From: an uncultured Acidobacteriota bacterium
GTDB taxonomy: Bacteria > Acidobacteriota > Vicinamibacteria > Fen-336
NCBI GenBank assembly: GCA_963740655.1
Contig: CAVUFF010000010.1
Location: 29,361 to 93,360, forward strand
Reading direction: 5' to 3'
DNA length: 64,000 nt
Shown: in pieces, positions 18,413 through 27,476 of the stretch
Layout of the letters: the number at the start of each line of letters is the position of its first letter
Position numbering within the stretch: the first letter of the stretch is position 1
The notes under the pieces: model-generated
What the model saw: only the letters and a program-made list of their open reading frames with translations
What the model was told of the DNA's origin: nothing
Database searches by the model: none
Made by a program: the position numbers and the translations under genes

Positions 18413-18687
18413 GGCGCGCGCTGCTGCTCGCCGCGCTGCTGCTCGCCGCAGGCGCGACCCGGGCGCTCGCCTGCCCCACCTGCTACGGCGACGCCGAGGG
18501 GCCGATGATCGACGCCGCGCGGCTCGGCATGTGGCTGCTGCTCGGCGTGACGCTCGCGATCCAGGGCGGCTTCATCGCCTTCTTCCTTTACCTGCGCCGC
18601 CAGGCCCGACGGGCCCAGCACAAGGCGCTCGACGACGAATGGACCCGGCTGCAGCGCACGCACGACCGGGCGTGGAGGAACGTCTAG
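18409..18687 (+). CDS. Small signal-anchored membrane protein with a periplasmic CxxC motif (hypothetical), cox operon
   Basis: GTG 18409 in a GTGA overlap. 'VRRALLLAALLLAAGATRALA|CPTCYGDAEGPM', one TM helix, and a basic cytoplasmic tail. It lies directly upstream of coxII. Confidence 0.55.
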   Translation: MRRALLLAALLLAAGATRALACPTCYGDAEGPMIDAARLGMWLLLGVTLAIQGGFIAFFLYLRRQARRAQHKALDDEWTRLQRTHDRAWRNV

Positions 18688-18691
18688 CACC

Positions 18692-19504
18692 ATGAACGAC
18701 TGGTACAAGCTTCCGCAGCTCGCCTCGCAGCACGGCGCGGCGCTCGACCACACGCTCGGGCTCGTGCACTGGGTGATGGCCGTGCTGTTCGTCGGCTGGA
18801 GCGCGTTCTTCCTCTACGTGCTGTGGCGCTATCGCGCCCGGCGCAACCCCGTGGCCGACTACAAGGGCGTCACCAGCCACACCTCGACCTGGCTCGAGGG
18901 AGCCGTGGCGCTCGTCGAGGCGATCCTGCTGGTGGGCTTCTCGATCCCGCTGTGGGCCGACCGCGTGAGCGGCTTCCCCTCGCCGCAGGACGCCACGCGG
19001 GTGCGCGTGGTGGCCCAGCAGTTCGCCTGGAACGTCCACTACCCCGGTCCCGACGGCGTCTTCGGCAGGACCGACGTCAAGCTGGTCGACGAGCAGTCGA
19101 ACCCGCTCGGCCTCGACCGCAGCGACCCCGCGGCCAAGGACGACGTCACCACGATCAACCAGCTCCACCTGCCGGTCGGCCGCCCCGTGCTGGTCCAGCT
19201 GACGAGCAAGGACGTGATCCACAGCTTCGCGCTGCAGGAGATGCGCGTGAAGCAGGACGCCGTCCCGGGCACGGTGACGCCGGTCTGGTTCGTGCCCACC
19301 GTCACCACCGAGGAGATGCGCACGCGCACCGGCAACCCCGACTTCGGCTACGAGATCGCGTGCGCGCAGCTGTGCGGCCTCGGACACTACCGGATGCGCG
19401 GCTACGTGACCATCGACACGCCCGAGGACTTCCAGAAGTGGATGGCCGAGCGCGAGGCCGAGCTCAGCAGCGAGTCGTCGAACGAAGACTCCGTCTGGAA
19501 GTAG
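18692..19504 (+). CDS. ctaC: Cytochrome c oxidase subunit II, CuA-containing, no cytochrome c domain
   Basis: 270 aa with two N-terminal TM helices. CuA ligands are 'DVIHSF' and 'CAQLCGLGHYRM'. There is no CxxCH motif anywhere in the protein. Confidence 0.9.
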   Translation: MNDWYKLPQLASQHGAALDHTLGLVHWVMAVLFVGWSAFFLYVLWRYRARRNPVADYKGVTSHTSTWLEGAVALVEAILLVGFSIPLWADRVSGFPSPQDATRVRVVAQQFAWNVHYPGPDGVFGRTDVKLVDEQSNPLGLDRSDPAAKDDVTTINQLHLPVGRPVLVQLTSKDVIHSFALQEMRVKQDAVPGTVTPVWFVPTVTTEEMRTRTGNPDFGYEIACAQLCGLGHYRMRGYVTIDTPEDFQKWMAEREAELSSESSNEDSVWK

Positions 19505-19514
19505 CCGGCTCGCG

Positions 19515-19838
19515 CTACTCGCTCGGCTTCGCCAGGAACGCCTCGGCGCGCGCGCGGACGGTCGGGTCCGGAGTCGGCTGAAGCGCAAGCTCGCGCAGCC
19601 GCGCCAGGATCGGCTCGCGCTCGGTCGAGGCTTCCTTGACCCGCTTGCGCAGCACCATCAAGACGAGCTGGTACTTGAGGTCCGGCAGCGCCAGGAGGCC
19701 CGGAAGGTCGGAGACGAGCCGCGGCAGCGGACGGGCCTCGATGTCGTGCACGAAGCTCGCCATCTCGCTGAAGGTGAGCGCGCTCAGCCCCTGGTGGACG
19801 AGCGTCGAGTCGCTGTCGTCGGACCGCTCCCCGGACAT
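19515..19838 (-). CDS. Hypothetical protein
   Basis: 107-aa ORF with ordinary (non-Arg/Ala-biased) composition, unlike overlapping frames. No motif recognised. Confidence 0.4.
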   Translation of the reverse strand: MSGERSDDSDSTLVHQGLSALTFSEMASFVHDIEARPLPRLVSDLPGLLALPDLKYQLVLMVLRKRVKEASTEREPILARLRELALQPTPDPTVRARAEAFLAKPSE

Positions 19839-19873
19839 CCGACGATCCTAGCACCGCCCGCCGGGGCGGCGGG

Positions 19874-20311
19874 CTATTCGATCACGGAGATGGCCTTCAC
19901 GCCGGAAGGCAGCGTGTGGCCGGGGGCGACGTAGCCCACGGCGCCGCTCGTCTTCGCCACGTAGGCCATCACCTCCTCGTCCGAGGCCTTCCCGACCGGG
20001 ATCCGGACCTGGTTCGAGGGCGAGAGCAGCAGCCGCTGCCAGTACTGGAGCACGGCCGCGACCGGCATCTGCAGCACGGCGTCCGAGAACGCCTTGCGCA
20101 CCGGCGAGGTGCCGGACTGGTCGACCGGGCTCGCGGGCGAGCCGTCGCCCCAGCGCGTGGCTTTCTTGAGGAAGACCGCGGCGAGGTCGGCGCGGTGCAC
20201 GCTCGCGCCGGGGACCGAGCTGTTCACCACGACCATGAAGCCGTCGGCGGCGTGCGCGGGTCCGCCGAGCGCGAGCAGGAATGCGAGCAGGAGGAAGAGT
20301 CGAGCCTTCAT
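19874..20311 (-). CDS. Secreted periplasmic-binding-protein-like (PstS/PBP_like_2-type) domain protein
   Basis: 145 aa. Signal 'MKARLFLLLAFLLALGGPAHA'. 'MVVVNSSVPGASVHRADLAAVFLKKATRWGDG' and 'VAKTSGAVGYV' resemble the short substrate-binding-domain family. Confidence 0.55.
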   Translation of the reverse strand: MKARLFLLLAFLLALGGPAHAADGFMVVVNSSVPGASVHRADLAAVFLKKATRWGDGSPASPVDQSGTSPVRKAFSDAVLQMPVAAVLQYWQRLLLSPSNQVRIPVGKASDEEVMAYVAKTSGAVGYVAPGHTLPSGVKAISVIE

Positions 20312-20389
20312 GTCCCCGAGATCTTACCGGATCGTGCCCGGCCGGGGGGCACTCTCGCGATCCAGTGAACCGCGATACTCTCCTGCACC

Positions 20390-22093
20390 ATGAACGCCCC
20401 ACCCGGCTCGACCCGGCTCCTCCTCGCGCTCGCCGCGCTCGCCCTCGCCTCGGCGCGCCCGGTCCACTCGGCGCCGCTCGCCTGCGACCTGCTCTTCGCG
20501 GGCGGCCGGGTGGTGGACGGCACGGGCGCCCCGTGGTTCCGGGCCGACGTGTGCGTGGCCGGCGACCGCATCGCGGCCGTCGGCCCGCTCGCGGGCGTCC
20601 CGGCGAAGCGGCGCGTCGACGCGGCGCGGCTCGTGATCGCGCCGGGCTTCATCGACATGCTCGGGCAGTCCGAGTACAACGTGCTGGTCGACCCGCGCGC
20701 GGCGAGCAAGATCACCCAGGGCATCACCACCGAGATCACCGGCGAGGGCGCGTCGATCGCGCCTACCAACGCCCGCCTGATCGCCGAGGGCAAGGAGGCC
20801 TTCGACCACTACGGCGTCACCCCGGACTTCACGACGCTCGCCGGCTACTGGAAGGCCTTCGCACGCGCCCGGCCCACGATCAACCTGGGCAGCTTCGTCG
20901 GCGCCGGCGGCGTGCGGAACCTCGTGATGGGCGCGAGCGACCGCCGCGCCACGCCGGAGGAGCTCGGCCAGATGGAGGCCGCGGTGGCGCAGGCGATGGA
21001 GGAGGGGGCGTTCGGGCTGTCGACCTCGCTCCAGTACGTCCCCGACCGCTTCGCCTCGACCGAGGAGATCATAGCGCTCGCGAAGGTGGCGCGGCGCTAC
21101 GGCGGCTCGTACATCACGCACCAGCGCTCGGAGTCCTACGGCATCGACCAGAGCCTGGACGAGGTCTTCCGGATCGCGCGCGAGGCCGAGCTGCCGGCCC
21201 AGATCTACCACCTGAAGACCTCCGGACGGCCCAACTGGGGCCGGATGCCCGCGGTGCTGAAGCGGCTCGAGGACGCGCGCGCGCAGGGCCTCGACGTCTC
21301 GGCCGACCAGTACCCGTACGTCGCGGGCCAGAACTCGCTCGACGCGAACCTGCCGCTCTGGGTGCGCGACGGCGGCCGCGACCGCATGATCGAGCGGCTC
21401 CGGGACCCGGCGGTCCGCGCGCGGGTGAAGGCCGAGGTGAACCGCGAGGACCCCTCGTGGGAGAACCAGTACCTGGGCGCGGGCGGCGCCTCGGGGATCC
21501 TGATCGTGAGTGTCGTGAACCCGGCGCTCAAGAAGTACGAGGGCAAGACGCTCGAGCAGATCGGCCGCGAGGAGGGCAAGGACCCGCTCGACGCGGCCAT
21601 GGACATCGTGATCGCCGACCGCGCCAACACCTCGAACGTGATCTTCATCATGAGCGAGGACGACGTGCGGCTGGCGCTCAAGCACCCGCTGGTGTCGCTG
21701 TGCACCGACTCGGGCGCTTCCGCGAAGGACGGGATCTTCTCCGAGGAGCGCTCGCACCCGCGCGCGTGGGGCTCGGCCGCGCGCATCCTGGGCCGCTACG
21801 TGCGCGACGAGAAGCTCCTGCCGCTCGAGGAGGCGGTCCGCAAGATGACCTCGCTGCCCGCCTCGCGCATGGGCCTCCTCGAGCGCGGGATCGTGCGGCC
21901 GGGCATGCTGGCCGACCTCGTGGCCTTCGACCCCGCGACGGTCAAGGACAAGGCGACCTTCGCCGACCCGCTCCAGTACAGCGAGGGCATCCCCTACGTG
22001 GCGGTGAACGGCGAGCTCGTGGTCGACGAGGGCCGGATCACCGCGGCGCGCCCCGGCCGGGCGCTGATGGGGCCCGGCTATCGCGCGCGCTGA
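20390..22093 (+). CDS. N-acyl-D-amino-acid deacylase (D-aminoacylase) family amidohydrolase, secreted
   Basis: 567 aa with a signal peptide. 'DLLFAGGRVVDGTGAPWFRADVCVAGDRIAAVG', 'APGFIDMLGQSEYN', 'ITTEITGEG' and 'LCTDSGA' are typical of the family. Confidence 0.85.
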   Translation: MNAPPGSTRLLLALAALALASARPVHSAPLACDLLFAGGRVVDGTGAPWFRADVCVAGDRIAAVGPLAGVPAKRRVDAARLVIAPGFIDMLGQSEYNVLVDPRAASKITQGITTEITGEGASIAPTNARLIAEGKEAFDHYGVTPDFTTLAGYWKAFARARPTINLGSFVGAGGVRNLVMGASDRRATPEELGQMEAAVAQAMEEGAFGLSTSLQYVPDRFASTEEIIALAKVARRYGGSYITHQRSESYGIDQSLDEVFRIAREAELPAQIYHLKTSGRPNWGRMPAVLKRLEDARAQGLDVSADQYPYVAGQNSLDANLPLWVRDGGRDRMIERLRDPAVRARVKAEVNREDPSWENQYLGAGGASGILIVSVVNPALKKYEGKTLEQIGREEGKDPLDAAMDIVIADRANTSNVIFIMSEDDVRLALKHPLVSLCTDSGASAKDGIFSEERSHPRAWGSAARILGRYVRDEKLLPLEEAVRKMTSLPASRMGLLERGIVRPGMLADLVAFDPATVKDKATFADPLQYSEGIPYVAVNGELVVDEGRITAARPGRALMGPGYRAR

Positions 22094-22141
22094 GCGGGCG
22101 GCCTCCCGCGCGGCGACTGCTCGGCCGGGCAGTTTGGTTCA

Positions 22142-24847
22142 TTGACCCTGATGGGCGGGGACGTTAGCTTCGGCGCGTTGCGCCTGTCCCGCTTCGCGCC
22201 GCTCGTCTCACGGCCGTGGCTCGTCCCGGTTTGCCTGGCGCTCGCGCTCACCGCCTCCGCCCAGGAGCCGCCCCCGCCGGGCGAGGGGCGGACCCGCTCG
22301 ACCGGCGCCGACGGGCGCAAGTACAAGGCGCGCCTCTACGTTACGCAGAGGCTCGCCGGCGAGCCGCCGACGATCGACGGCCGCCTGGACGACGCGGCGT
22401 GGCAGCAGGGCGAGTGGGCCGGCGACTACACGCAGCAGCTCCCGACCGAGGGCGCCCTGCCGTCGGCGCGGACCGAGCTCAAGATCCTCTACGGCGAGAA
22501 GCACGTCTACTTCGCGATCCGCGCCTTCGACGACCCGGCGCTCGTGCACCGCTACCCGGGCCGGCGCGACGCCTTCGTCGGCGACATCGTCGGCGTCTGC
22601 TTCGACAGCTACAACGACAGGCGTACGGGCTTCGAGTTCGACCTGACCGCCGGCGGCAGCAAGATCGACCTGATCCTGGGCAACGGCGAGACGGAGTGGG
22701 ACACGAGCTGGGACGCGGTCTGGGACGGCAAGGTGGCCCACGACGCGAACGGCTGGACGGCGGAGTTCCGCGTCCCGCTCAACCAGCTGCGCTTCGGCCC
22801 GCAGGACGAGCAGGTCTGGGGCCTGCACTCCTGGCGCTGGATCGAGCGCAACCAGGAAGAGGACCAGTGGCAGCTGATCCCGCGCCAGAACAGCGGGCGC
22901 ATGCACCAGCTGGGCGAGCTGCACGGCATCCGCGGCCTCGAGCGGCCGCGCCACCTCGAGCTCTTGCCCCACGTCGTCGGGCAGACGAGCTCCGGGCCGT
23001 CGACGCCCGACAGCCCGGACCGCACGGGCTCGCTCGGGCTCGACGCCAAGCTCGGGCTCACCAGCAACTTCACGCTCGACGCCACCTTCAACCCCGACTT
23101 CGGCCAGGTCGAGGCCGATCCCTCGGTCGTCAACCTCAGCGCCTACGAGACGTTCTACGAGGAGAAGCGGCCGTTCTTCCTCGAGGGCCGCAAGATCCTG
23201 AGCTTCGGGCTCGAGGACCAGGACCAGCTCTTCTACTCGCGCCGCATCGGTCAGCCGCCCACGCTCGAGCCGAGGCTCGCCGAGGACGAGACCGCCGAGG
23301 TGCCGCAGAGCACCACGATCCTGGGCGCGCTCAAGGTCACCGGCAAGACCGCGGGCGGCCTCTCGCTCGGCGTGCTGCAGAGCTTCACGCAGCGCGAGAC
23401 GGCACTCGTCTCCTCTCCGCTCGGCTCGCGCGAGCCGGCGATCGAGCCCGCGGCGAGCTACAGCGTGGCGCGGGTCCACAAGGACTGGGGCAAGGGCGAC
23501 ACGAGCCTCGGCGGCATGCTCACCTGGACGGCTCGGCTCACGGACGACCCGGGGCTCGCCGCGCTGCCGACGCGCGCGCTCTCCGGCGGCTTCGACTTCA
23601 CCCGCTACTTCGCCGACCGCAGCCTGGTGCTCGAGGCGAGCGGAGTCGCGAGCCGCGTGAGCGGGCCGCGCGAGGCGATCCTGGCGCTGCAGACGGACGC
23701 CGTGCACTATTACCAGCGGCCCGACGCCGACCACCTCGGCCTCGACCCGCGGGCCACGGCGCTCTCGGGCCACGGCGGATCGCTGCGGCTCGGGACCTCG
23801 GGCAAGGGACGCCTGAGACTCGTCGACCACTTCCACTGGTACTCGCCGGGCCTCGAGCTCAACGACGTCGGCTACCTGCGCCAAGCCGACGTGCTCGCCA
23901 ACCAGGCGATCCTCGGCTGGGCCGAGCCCGCGCCGCGCGGCGTCTTCAGGGCCTACTCGCTGCAGCTGATGCGCGAGGACCAGTGGGACTTCGGCGGCCT
24001 CGCGGTGCAGGCCTCGACGCAGGCCAACGCCTCGGCGACCTTCCGGAACAAATGGGGAGCCGACCTCGGCGTGCTCTACCGCGACGTGGTGGACACGCGC
24101 ATGCTGCGCGGCGGGCCGGCGCTGCGCTGGCACGACTACTGGGAGGCCTCGCTGGGCGGCCGCAGCGATCCGTCGCGCCGGCTGACGGCGACGCTCGCCG
24201 GCCAGGCGGCGCGCACGGTCGACGACGACTCGCGCTCCGGCAAGGCCGAGGCCACGCTCGGCCTGCGGCTGTCGAACCGCCTCGGGCTCGGCGGCGGCGC
24301 GCGGTACGAGCGCCTGCTCGACAACCTGCAGTACGCGGCCACGGCCGAGGCGGGCGACGAGCCGCGCTACGTGCTGGGCCGCATCGACCAGGACACCTGG
24401 AGCTTCACGTTCCGCGTGAACCTGGCGATCACGCCGGAGCTGACGGTCCAGTACTACGGCAGCCCGTTCGTCGGAACCGGCCGCTACACCGGCTTCAAGC
24501 AGGCGACCGACACGCTCGCGCACGCCTACGCGGACCGCTTCCACCTCTACGCACCCGGCGAGATCGCCTACCGCGAGAACCTGAACCGCTACGTGGTGAG
24601 CGAGACCGGCGGCGCGCCCGCGTACTCGTTCGCCAACCCGGACTTCAGCTTCCGGCAGTTCCGCTCGAACCTGGTGGCGCGCTGGGAGTGGAAGCCGGGC
24701 TCGTCGCTCTACGTCGTGTGGTCGCAGGGCCGCACGGCGACGCTTCCGACCTACGAGCCTTCATTCGGGACGAACTGGAGCGAGCTCTGGGGCACGCCGC
24801 CCGACAACGTCTTCCTCGTGAAGCTCAGCTACTGGTTCTCGCCATGA
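22142..24847 (+). CDS. CBM9-like/DOMON-like domain + DUF5916 beta-barrel family protein
   Basis: 901 aa. N-terminal 'IDGRLDDAAWQQGEWAGDYTQ..YFAIRAFD' is CBM9-like. The long beta-rich region ends 'NVFLVKLSYWFSP' (aromatic terminus). The exact start is uncertain (22142 or a few codons downstream). Confidence 0.7.
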   Translation: MTLMGGDVSFGALRLSRFAPLVSRPWLVPVCLALALTASAQEPPPPGEGRTRSTGADGRKYKARLYVTQRLAGEPPTIDGRLDDAAWQQGEWAGDYTQQLPTEGALPSARTELKILYGEKHVYFAIRAFDDPALVHRYPGRRDAFVGDIVGVCFDSYNDRRTGFEFDLTAGGSKIDLILGNGETEWDTSWDAVWDGKVAHDANGWTAEFRVPLNQLRFGPQDEQVWGLHSWRWIERNQEEDQWQLIPRQNSGRMHQLGELHGIRGLERPRHLELLPHVVGQTSSGPSTPDSPDRTGSLGLDAKLGLTSNFTLDATFNPDFGQVEADPSVVNLSAYETFYEEKRPFFLEGRKILSFGLEDQDQLFYSRRIGQPPTLEPRLAEDETAEVPQSTTILGALKVTGKTAGGLSLGVLQSFTQRETALVSSPLGSREPAIEPAASYSVARVHKDWGKGDTSLGGMLTWTARLTDDPGLAALPTRALSGGFDFTRYFADRSLVLEASGVASRVSGPREAILALQTDAVHYYQRPDADHLGLDPRATALSGHGGSLRLGTSGKGRLRLVDHFHWYSPGLELNDVGYLRQADVLANQAILGWAEPAPRGVFRAYSLQLMREDQWDFGGLAVQASTQANASATFRNKWGADLGVLYRDVVDTRMLRGGPALRWHDYWEASLGGRSDPSRRLTATLAGQAARTVDDDSRSGKAEATLGLRLSNRLGLGGGARYERLLDNLQYAATAEAGDEPRYVLGRIDQDTWSFTFRVNLAITPELTVQYYGSPFVGTGRYTGFKQATDTLAHAYADRFHLYAPGEIAYRENLNRYVVSETGGAPAYSFANPDFSFRQFRSNLVARWEWKPGSSLYVVWSQGRTATLPTYEPSFGTNWSELWGTPPDNVFLVKLSYWFSP

Positions 24848-24849
24848 CC

Positions 24850-24892
24850 GGACCACTCACGAGGCCGTCCTGACAATCCTCATGCATGGTCC
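24850..24892. terminator. Imperfect hairpin between convergent genes
   Basis: GGACCACTCACGAGG (24850-24864) against CCTCATGCATGGTCC (24878-24892): 12 of 15 positions pair. No U-tract. Confidence 0.2.
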
Positions 24893-24982
24893 GATCTGGG
24901 CGCGTCCTGGCTGCTGTTCGCTTCCGTCCAGCGCGGCCGTCCAGACCCCGCCAGGCAATACGGTTCCTCGTCTGCTGGCGGC

Positions 24983-26647
24983 TCAGGCTGTGGCGGCGGG
25001 CTTCCTGCGCAGCGCCGCGACGACGAGCAACTCGAGCACCAGCACGCCGAGCGCGGCCTTCAGCATGGGGCCGACGACCGAGGGCTTCTCGCGCGGCGGC
25101 AGGTAGACGTAGAACCACTGCGTGAGGCCGCGGCGGTTGCCGCGCTCGCGTGCCGTGCCGTCCCAGACCGAGAACGCGATCGGAACGTACTGGCCCTCGG
25201 CGAAGGAGATGCTGCTGGTCGAGCGCAGGCTGCGCACGAAGCTCGCGGACCAGACGCCCGCCTCGTAGCGGCCGCTCGCCTCGACCTCGCCGCCCTCGAG
25301 CGCGGTGAGCGCCGTCGAGCCGCGCCCCGTGAACTGCTTCACGTGCTGCGAGGCGAGGTCGAGGAACCAGACGTCGACCGGCTTCGCGCCGTCGCCGAAG
25401 AGGAAGTAGGGCTTGGCAACGCCCTCCGGTGGCGTGCTCGGGAGCTGGATCGCGACGGCGTCGGAGAACTCGGCGGCGGGAGCGGCGCCTGCCGCCGCGG
25501 CGGCGGGCTGGGACTCTCCCCAGAAGTCGCCGCCACCTCCGCCGGCCGGCTTCGCGGCCGGCGCGGCGGGAGCCTGCTCCTGGCCCCAGAAGTCACCACC
25601 GCCCGCGGCCGGTTTCTCGGCCGCCGCAGGAGTCGAGAGCTCCTCGTCCGAGAGCGGCACCTCGAGCGTGGGCGCGTTCGTCGCCTGCGTGTCGGCCCGC
25701 GTGTCGTGCCAGCGCACCTCGAAGGCGATCCGCTCCGAGTCGTAGACCGCGCGCACCTCGACGGCGTTGGCCGCCGGGGCGAAGTCCCGCACCGGCTCCA
25801 TGATCTGGCCGATCACCGGGAAGCGCGCGCTCGGGGCGCGCTCGAAGAGCGCGGCGCCCTTCGCGGTGTCGATCTCGTCGTCGAGCGGCTGCGCCACGAC
25901 GAGGGTCGCGTAGTTCGGCGTGTCGCCGTCGCCCAGCGAGTAGACGTAGTCGGTGAGCGCCCAGCGGTCGGGCTCGGGCACGGCGTCGAAGAAGGACGGC
26001 ATCGGCGTGCCGTTCACGCCGGTGCTGAAGGTGCGGAAGATGTCCTCGCGCCGCGGTCCGCCGCGGAACGTCCAGCGCCGCGTCAGGTCGGCGGCGCGGA
26101 TCGGGTGGTCGAAGTCGTCCTTGAGCGTCGGCGCCGAGGGCCCCTCGCCGCGGCCGGACTCGCCGTGGCAGCGCACGCAGCCGAGCGAGCCGTAGAGCTC
26201 CTTGCCCTTGGCGACCGACTCCTTCGTCGAAGCCGGCCCGGCGGCGAGCGAGATCGGCTTCGCCGCCTGCGCGGGGTCCGCGAAGCCCGCGAAGAAGCTC
26301 TTCACGTACTGCAAGACGCCGTCCACCTCGGCGTCGCTCAGCTTCGGCCACGCCGGCATCGAGGTGTAGGGCATTCCCATCCGCACCACGCGCTTCAGGT
26401 CGTCGTCGGTGGGCAGCGCCCCCGAGGGTGTCGTGCGCAGCTTGAACTTCCCGCTCGTGAAGTCGCGCGGCTGGGGCGAGAGGTGCACGGCCGCCTCTCC
26501 GTTGCCGTCGCCCTTCTCGCCGTGGCACTGGATGCAGTGCTGCTCGTAGACCTTCTTGCCGGCCTCGGCCGAGCCGGCCGCCCGCGCGCGCGCCGCGGGC
26601 GCGAGCGCGATCAGCACGAGCGGGAGCGTGAGCACGCGAACGCGCAT
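24983..26647 (-). CDS. Dihaem cytochrome c fused to an EB_dh/DOMON-like (haem b-type) domain with a C-terminal TM anchor
   Basis: 554 aa with a signal peptide, CIQCH and CVRCH. 'VEVRAVYDSERIAFEVRWHD' and 'GVWSASFVRSL...PIAFSVWDG..RERGNRRGLTQW' resemble the ethylbenzene-dehydrogenase gamma-like fold. C-terminal 'LGVLVLELLVVAAL' is a TM helix. Its start overlaps the upstream stop (TGATG). Confidence 0.7.
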   Translation of the reverse strand: MRVRVLTLPLVLIALAPAARARAAGSAEAGKKVYEQHCIQCHGEKGDGNGEAAVHLSPQPRDFTSGKFKLRTTPSGALPTDDDLKRVVRMGMPYTSMPAWPKLSDAEVDGVLQYVKSFFAGFADPAQAAKPISLAAGPASTKESVAKGKELYGSLGCVRCHGESGRGEGPSAPTLKDDFDHPIRAADLTRRWTFRGGPRREDIFRTFSTGVNGTPMPSFFDAVPEPDRWALTDYVYSLGDGDTPNYATLVVAQPLDDEIDTAKGAALFERAPSARFPVIGQIMEPVRDFAPAANAVEVRAVYDSERIAFEVRWHDTRADTQATNAPTLEVPLSDEELSTPAAAEKPAAGGGDFWGQEQAPAAPAAKPAGGGGGDFWGESQPAAAAAGAAPAAEFSDAVAIQLPSTPPEGVAKPYFLFGDGAKPVDVWFLDLASQHVKQFTGRGSTALTALEGGEVEASGRYEAGVWSASFVRSLRSTSSISFAEGQYVPIAFSVWDGTARERGNRRGLTQWFYVYLPPREKPSVVGPMLKAALGVLVLELLVVAALRRKPAATA

Positions 26648-27474
26648 CAGTGCTGCTCCTCCCGCGCGCGCGGCCGCTGGCCGGTGTGGTCGTAGAGGAA
26701 GAGGATCACTTCCCAGATCTCCTCCTCCTTCAGGAACTTCTCCCAGGCCGGCATCGCCGAGTCCCAGGGCCCGCCCTCCGCAGGCAGCCCCGGACCGCCC
26801 TTGGAGATGCGCCAGAAGAGGAAGTTCTCCTGGAGCATCGCGATCGTTCCGGAGTCGGTGAAGTTGGTGGGGATCGGGTTGAGCCCGTGCGCGAACATGC
26901 CGTCGCCGCCCATGGCGTCGCCGTGGCAGAAGTGGCAGTTGCGGTAGTAGGTCCGCCGCCCGTTCTCGAGGTGGGTCTTGAAGGCGGCCGGGTCCTTCGT
27001 CTCGAGCTCGCGCAGCGGGTTGCCGCCCGTGATCAGGCTGATCGAGCGGTCGCCGAAGCTGATCGAGTCGGGCGGCGCGGGGTGCACGCTGCGCCCGAAG
27101 GAAGGCGCCTCGAGCTTCTCGCGTCCTCCGAAGTACGCCCCCGCCGCCGCCAGAGCCGGCAACAGCAGCAGCAGCGCCGCGAGCAGCGGGCGCAGCGGCC
27201 GGTCGTTCGCGAGCGCCACGAGCGGCGCCAGGAACTCCGTCCGCCGCACGGCGCTCGAGGTCACGTAGGCGGCGAGCGCGAGCGTCGTGATGAACATGTA
27301 GATCACCACGACCGAGAACGGGATCGGCGTCACGAAGCCGTAGCGGACGAACGCGTAGATCGAGGCGTAGATCGCGAGCGTCCAGGCGAAGCTCCTGGCG
27401 CCGCGCAGCCGCAGCAGCAGCAGCAGCAGCACGATCGCAGCGAGCACCGGCCAGCGCAGGAACCCGAGCGCCAT
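26647..27474 (-). CDS. Membrane-anchored (about 4 TM) monohaem cytochrome c
   Basis: 275 aa from 'MALGFLRWPVLAAIVLLLLLL'. C-terminal soluble domain has 'YYRNCHFCHGDAMGGDGMFA..MPAW'. It starts 2 nt after the upstream stop. Confidence 0.75.
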   Translation of the reverse strand: MALGFLRWPVLAAIVLLLLLLRLRGARSFAWTLAIYASIYAFVRYGFVTPIPFSVVVIYMFITTLALAAYVTSSAVRRTEFLAPLVALANDRPLRPLLAALLLLLPALAAAGAYFGGREKLEAPSFGRSVHPAPPDSISFGDRSISLITGGNPLRELETKDPAAFKTHLENGRRTYYRNCHFCHGDAMGGDGMFAHGLNPIPTNFTDSGTIAMLQENFLFWRISKGGPGLPAEGGPWDSAMPAWEKFLKEEEIWEVILFLYDHTGQRPRAREEQH

Positions 27475-27476
27475 CG

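Noticed and set aside
27405-27440. (CAG)n-like trinucleotide run cagcagcagcagcagcagc
   Set aside because: It is simply the coding sequence for a poly-Leu stretch (LLLLLLL) in the first TM helix of the membrane cytochrome c on the minus strand. It is not an independent repeat element.
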